Source: Faecousia sp.
Lineage (GTDB): Bacteria; Bacillota; Clostridia; Oscillospirales; Oscillospiraceae
DNA: 58,931 bases
Direction of reading: 5' to 3'
Assembly (NCBI GenBank): GCA_051867315.1
Contig: JBJDYM010000271.1
Location: 1-58,931, forward strand
The notes under the pieces were generated by a model. That model saw only the letters and a list, made by a program, of their open reading frames with translations. It did not search any database and was not told the origin of the DNA. A program made the position numbers and the translations under genes. Of this stretch, positions 55,713 through 58,931 are shown piece by piece (within the stretch, counting starts at the first letter, position 1; each line of letters starts with the position of its first letter).

Positions 55713-55742
55713 GATACTACATCATTCATGGAGGGATGTCCT

Positions 55743-56063
55743 GTGGCAAATCATAACCGTAGTCGTAACCGTTATCGCGAAATGGAGAGCATCATGATGA
55801 AAGTCCTGATTGGTGACGGTTTGATTTTCTTCTTATATATGTTTGCCGCAAGCCGTGTAGGTGCGTGGTCCGTTATCAAGGTGATTTCCGCCGTTCTCAC
55901 CATTCTCATCTCCGTGCTCTGCATGGTGTGGCTGTATCTTACCCGGGAATTCACCCGCAGGCGCAGCCTTTGGATGGTGACGGCCTGTGTGTCGATTTTG
56001 GCCTGTGTGCTGGTCTCCCTGTGCTTGGGGTACCCCTGCCCTCCCATCGTTGCGGTGAATTAA
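55743..56063 (+). CDS. Hypothetical small membrane protein (about 3 TM)
   Basis: GGAGGG RBS before GTG 55743, three hydrophobic segments, downstream terminator. Confidence 0.75.
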   Translation: MANHNRSRNRYREMESIMMKVLIGDGLIFFLYMFAASRVGAWSVIKVISAVLTILISVLCMVWLYLTREFTRRRSLWMVTACVSILACVLVSLCLGYPCPPIVAVN

Positions 56064-56079
56064 TTCATGAAAAAATATG

Positions 56080-56142
56080 AAAGTGGCTGGCGGTTTCATC
56101 AGCCACTTTTTCTCCTCCGGTGCGGAAACCGCACCGGAGGAG
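56080..56142. terminator. Two adjacent hairpins between convergent genes
   Basis: AAAGTGGCTG/CAGCCACTTT followed by TT (56080-56111), and CTCCTCCGGTGCGG/CCGCACCGGAGGAG (56112-56142). Confidence 0.75.
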
Positions 56143-56147
56143 TGTTA

Positions 56148-57848
56148 TTATCGGTAAAAGGAGTTTCCACCGATGAATTCCCGGACAATGCTGGTGGGCG
56201 GGATCTCGTCATCCACATCCGCCTCCCGGATGTAATTCAGGATCTTGACGATGGAGCGCACCTCGTCGTAGCAGCTGTCCTCCGGCGTAATTTTCGTGAG
56301 CAGGGGGAAAATGTGCTTTTTCAGCACAGCCAGCTCATACAGGGTGGAGCTGTTGAAAATCACGTCCGCATTCTCCTGGTAGGGGAAAATCCAACGCTTT
56401 TCACCGTTCTGAACGGACTCCCACATGGAAATGGTTCTCTGAACCGAGGAGCCCCGGGTTTCGTAGTCCCGGACGATCCGGCGCAGCAGACGCAGATAGC
56501 TGGTAGGAATTCGGTTGTGATTGTCCAGATTCAGCGGCAGCAGCGGGCTGACATAGAGCTTGAAGATCTCGTTTTCCGCCACGTCCTTTGGAACCATCTG
56601 GGGATTCAAACCGTGGATGCCCTCCACAATAATGACGGAGTTGCCGCCCAGCTTCAGCCTGCGTCCGTTCCACTCCCGCTTTCCCGTCACAAAATTGAAA
56701 GTGGGGAGCGCGGTTTCCTGGCCGGCCAGCAAATCCGCAATATTGGAGCGGAACAGATCGGTGTCCAGGGTGTTGATATGTTCCAAATCCAATTTACCGT
56801 CGGGACCGGGGAGAATTTTGTCCCGGTCGATATAATAATCATCCAGGCTCATGAGGATGGGCTTTTTGCCGTGCACCCGCAGCTGGGTGGCCAGGCGGTT
56901 TGCGGAAGTGGTTTTCCCGGAGGAGCTGGGTCCGGCCAGCATCACCACTCTGGCGTTTCGCTGACAAACCATATCCGCGATTTGGGAAAATCGTTTTTCG
57001 TGGAGCGCCTCGTTGACCCGAATCAGCTCCCGAATGCTGCCGGACAGGGTTTTCTTGTTCAAATCCGCCACGGTTTCACATTCCATCAGGGTTCCCCAAT
57101 GCTCTCCTTCCGAAAACACGGAAAAGAAATTGGGACTGTCCTTAAATTCGGCAGGCTGGTTGGGCTTCAGATCGTCGGGATAGAGCAGGATAAAGCCGCC
57201 GTCGGCGGGAAGGATGTTCCAAACCGTGAGATAACCGGAGGAGGGCAGCATTTCGCCGAAGAAATAATCCGAAAAATCCTTGTAATCGTATTCATCAAAG
57301 ACCTCCGAATCATACCATTGGAGCAGCTCCGCCTTATCCTGCTGATTGTTCTTTTCATATTTTCGGATTGCCTCTTGAAGGGGAACCCGTCTGCGAATAA
57401 GGTGGAAATCCTCCTGAATATCGCACCGCATCTGAGCTTTCAGCGCTTCAATGGAGAAACCCCCGCAGTCCTTCACGGAAATATAGACACTGTTGCCCAT
57501 GGTGCAGCTAATTTTTGCCGTACCGGCAGGCCAGAGCTTTCGGATGGCCAGAAACACCATAAAACAGGCCGTGCGGGTGTAGACCTTTTTCCCGGAGCCA
57601 TCGGAATAACGCAAAAGGTGGACTTCTCCGTTGGATGCAGCCATGGCCCGGCGAACCGAGGGATTCTCCGGCGCGGAATCGGACGCGCGGACGGGAATAT
57701 AATTCAGCGTAAAAACTTCTCCGGCAATCTTGGCCGCAAGGGGACGGGTCTGCAATTCGTCCGTATCCATCCGATTTTTTTGGATGATTTCCCGCAGGGA
57801 CTCCCCTGCCTTGGCCTGCACTGGGGTCCCATCAATGATCAGCCGCAT
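56148..57848 (-). CDS. Uridine/nucleoside kinase with N-terminal ThrRS-N-like domain
   Basis: AGPSSSGKTT Walker A, SLDDYY, VEGIHGLN, RLLRRIVRD and WIFPYQE motifs. Start MRLIIDG behind GAGGTG. Confidence 0.88.
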   Translation of the reverse strand: MRLIIDGTPVQAKAGESLREIIQKNRMDTDELQTRPLAAKIAGEVFTLNYIPVRASDSAPENPSVRRAMAASNGEVHLLRYSDGSGKKVYTRTACFMVFLAIRKLWPAGTAKISCTMGNSVYISVKDCGGFSIEALKAQMRCDIQEDFHLIRRRVPLQEAIRKYEKNNQQDKAELLQWYDSEVFDEYDYKDFSDYFFGEMLPSSGYLTVWNILPADGGFILLYPDDLKPNQPAEFKDSPNFFSVFSEGEHWGTLMECETVADLNKKTLSGSIRELIRVNEALHEKRFSQIADMVCQRNARVVMLAGPSSSGKTTSANRLATQLRVHGKKPILMSLDDYYIDRDKILPGPDGKLDLEHINTLDTDLFRSNIADLLAGQETALPTFNFVTGKREWNGRRLKLGGNSVIIVEGIHGLNPQMVPKDVAENEIFKLYVSPLLPLNLDNHNRIPTSYLRLLRRIVRDYETRGSSVQRTISMWESVQNGEKRWIFPYQENADVIFNSSTLYELAVLKKHIFPLLTKITPEDSCYDEVRSIVKILNYIREADVDDEIPPTSIVREFIGGNSFYR

Positions 57849-57930
57849 ATGAAGCACCTCCGATTTCATCTATTTTGGAAATCATAGCATAATTTATCAT
57901 CAATTGCAATTTTAAATTCAGAGATGACCG

Positions 57931-58890
57931 TCAGTTTTCCTCTCCCAAATCGATGATTTTTTTCAGTTCCGTTCCGGTATAGTAATATTGCAGAATTTCC
58001 TCATAGGTTTTCCCCTCCAGGGCCATGGCATCGGCTCCAAATTGGCTCATGCCCACCCTGTGGCCGTAGCCCTTGGTATGGAAGAATACCACATCATTTT
58101 CGATGGAGACGGAAAAAAGGGTCGAGCGAAGGTTCAGCGCTTTGCGAAGCTCCGTGCCGGAAAAGGTTCGATTTCCAATTCCCACACTGGCCACTCCTCC
58201 TCCGTTTGTAAATTCCCAGTCATGAAACCACGCCTCCGGATCATCCCCCAGTTGGGCATGTAAGGTGGATTCCAGATATGCCCTGGAAAAGGCCTTGCTT
58301 TCCTCCCCCTCCAAATCCGCCTCCGGGCTTTCCTTGGCGGTAAGATAGGGATAGTCATTCCCCCAAACGGCGGCTGCATCCTCCGTATAGCCGCCGGAGC
58401 TGGAAAAATAAGTAGCTTCAATCAACTCAGCTCCATAAGTAATAACTATACCGGCGGTGGCATCAACCGCCTTTCTGACTTTTTCCACTTCTTCCGCCGT
58501 ACCATAATAGCTCAAATAGTTTCCTTCGGATAGATATCCCTGGCAGCACGCAGAATTGGTGCAAAGCGTATAATCTCCATGTTTTCCCCCAGTGGTGGCT
58601 GCTTTCCAGGCGAAGGTCCGGGCCACTACCGCCTGGGCTTTTAGCGCTTCTGCCTCAAACTCCGCCGGCATTTCCGCCAGTACGACGCCAAACACATATT
58701 CTTCCAAATCCATTGCAGATTGTTCCACTCCCCAATTGACGGTAACGAAATACGCCTCGCTCTGGGGAGTAAACCGCGCCGCGGCCACGCCGGTATCCAG
58801 CGAGCTGAACTGGGTAACAGAAAGCAGCATTGCAGGAAACAGAAATGCCATTATAAAGATTTGAAAAAGAAATGACTTCATTGATTTCAT
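57931..58890 (-). CDS. spoIID: Stage II sporulation protein D (lytic transglycosylase)
   Basis: LEEYVFGVVLAEMP, EALKAQAVVART and GYGHRVGMSQFGA motifs, N-terminal TM helix, H...C...CQ putative zinc site. Confidence 0.92.
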   Translation of the reverse strand: MKSMKSFLFQIFIMAFLFPAMLLSVTQFSSLDTGVAAARFTPQSEAYFVTVNWGVEQSAMDLEEYVFGVVLAEMPAEFEAEALKAQAVVARTFAWKAATTGGKHGDYTLCTNSACCQGYLSEGNYLSYYGTAEEVEKVRKAVDATAGIVITYGAELIEATYFSSSGGYTEDAAAVWGNDYPYLTAKESPEADLEGEESKAFSRAYLESTLHAQLGDDPEAWFHDWEFTNGGGVASVGIGNRTFSGTELRKALNLRSTLFSVSIENDVVFFHTKGYGHRVGMSQFGADAMALEGKTYEEILQYYYTGTELKKIIDLGEEN

Positions 58891-58931
58891 GGTTATAATC
58901 CGCCTTTCTGCGAAAGGCACCGACGAGGTTA

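Noticed and set aside
1-58931. Mobile elements, prophage, defence systems, tRNA or rRNA genes
   Set aside because: No transposase, integrase, phage, cas or restriction-type ORF and no tRNA/rRNA-like sequence was recognised. Intergenic gaps are short and largely explained.

Overview
A 59-kb core-chromosome segment of a spore-forming Clostridia-class Firmicute. Gene content and protein style suggest Oscillospiraceae, which is an inference. It holds about 57 mostly housekeeping and sporulation genes, largely on the minus strand. Main blocks: hflX-yigZ-dgt-dnaG-(two sigma70 paralogues)-cmk-ispH/rpsA; rpmE; aminopeptidase; Hcy-methyltransferase/membrane E2-like protein/biotin ligase; pepT, ackA, tmcAL, nrdD, galM; uvrC-rsmD-coaD; HPr; yqfC-yqfD-phoH-ybeY-era-yqzL-recO-mutS2; ylbJ; yunB; pcrA; spoIIAA-spoIIAB-sigF; valS with T-box; GT2 and acyltransferase-3; acpP-SRP RNA-dnaX-ybaB-recR; scpAB-ytfI-ytfJ-dacB-rluB-rpiR-HI0933; spoIID. 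I saw no mobile element, CRISPR array, rRNA or tRNA. The most unusual feature is the dnaG-rpoD slot, which carries no canonical SigA but two overlapping, SigA-derived genes. One lacks region 1.1 and has an altered W-dyad. The other keeps the core-binding motif but has lost the promoter-melting and -35-reading residues, so it is a candidate pseudo-sigma or decoy. Other notable signals are a nested promoter plus RBS that could make free S1 from inside the ispH-rpsA fusion, a symmetric bidirectional sigmaE-type promoter, several intragenic sigmaA-type promoters, and a membrane-anchored E2-like domain with His replaced by Glu. All promoter and terminator calls were made by eye.
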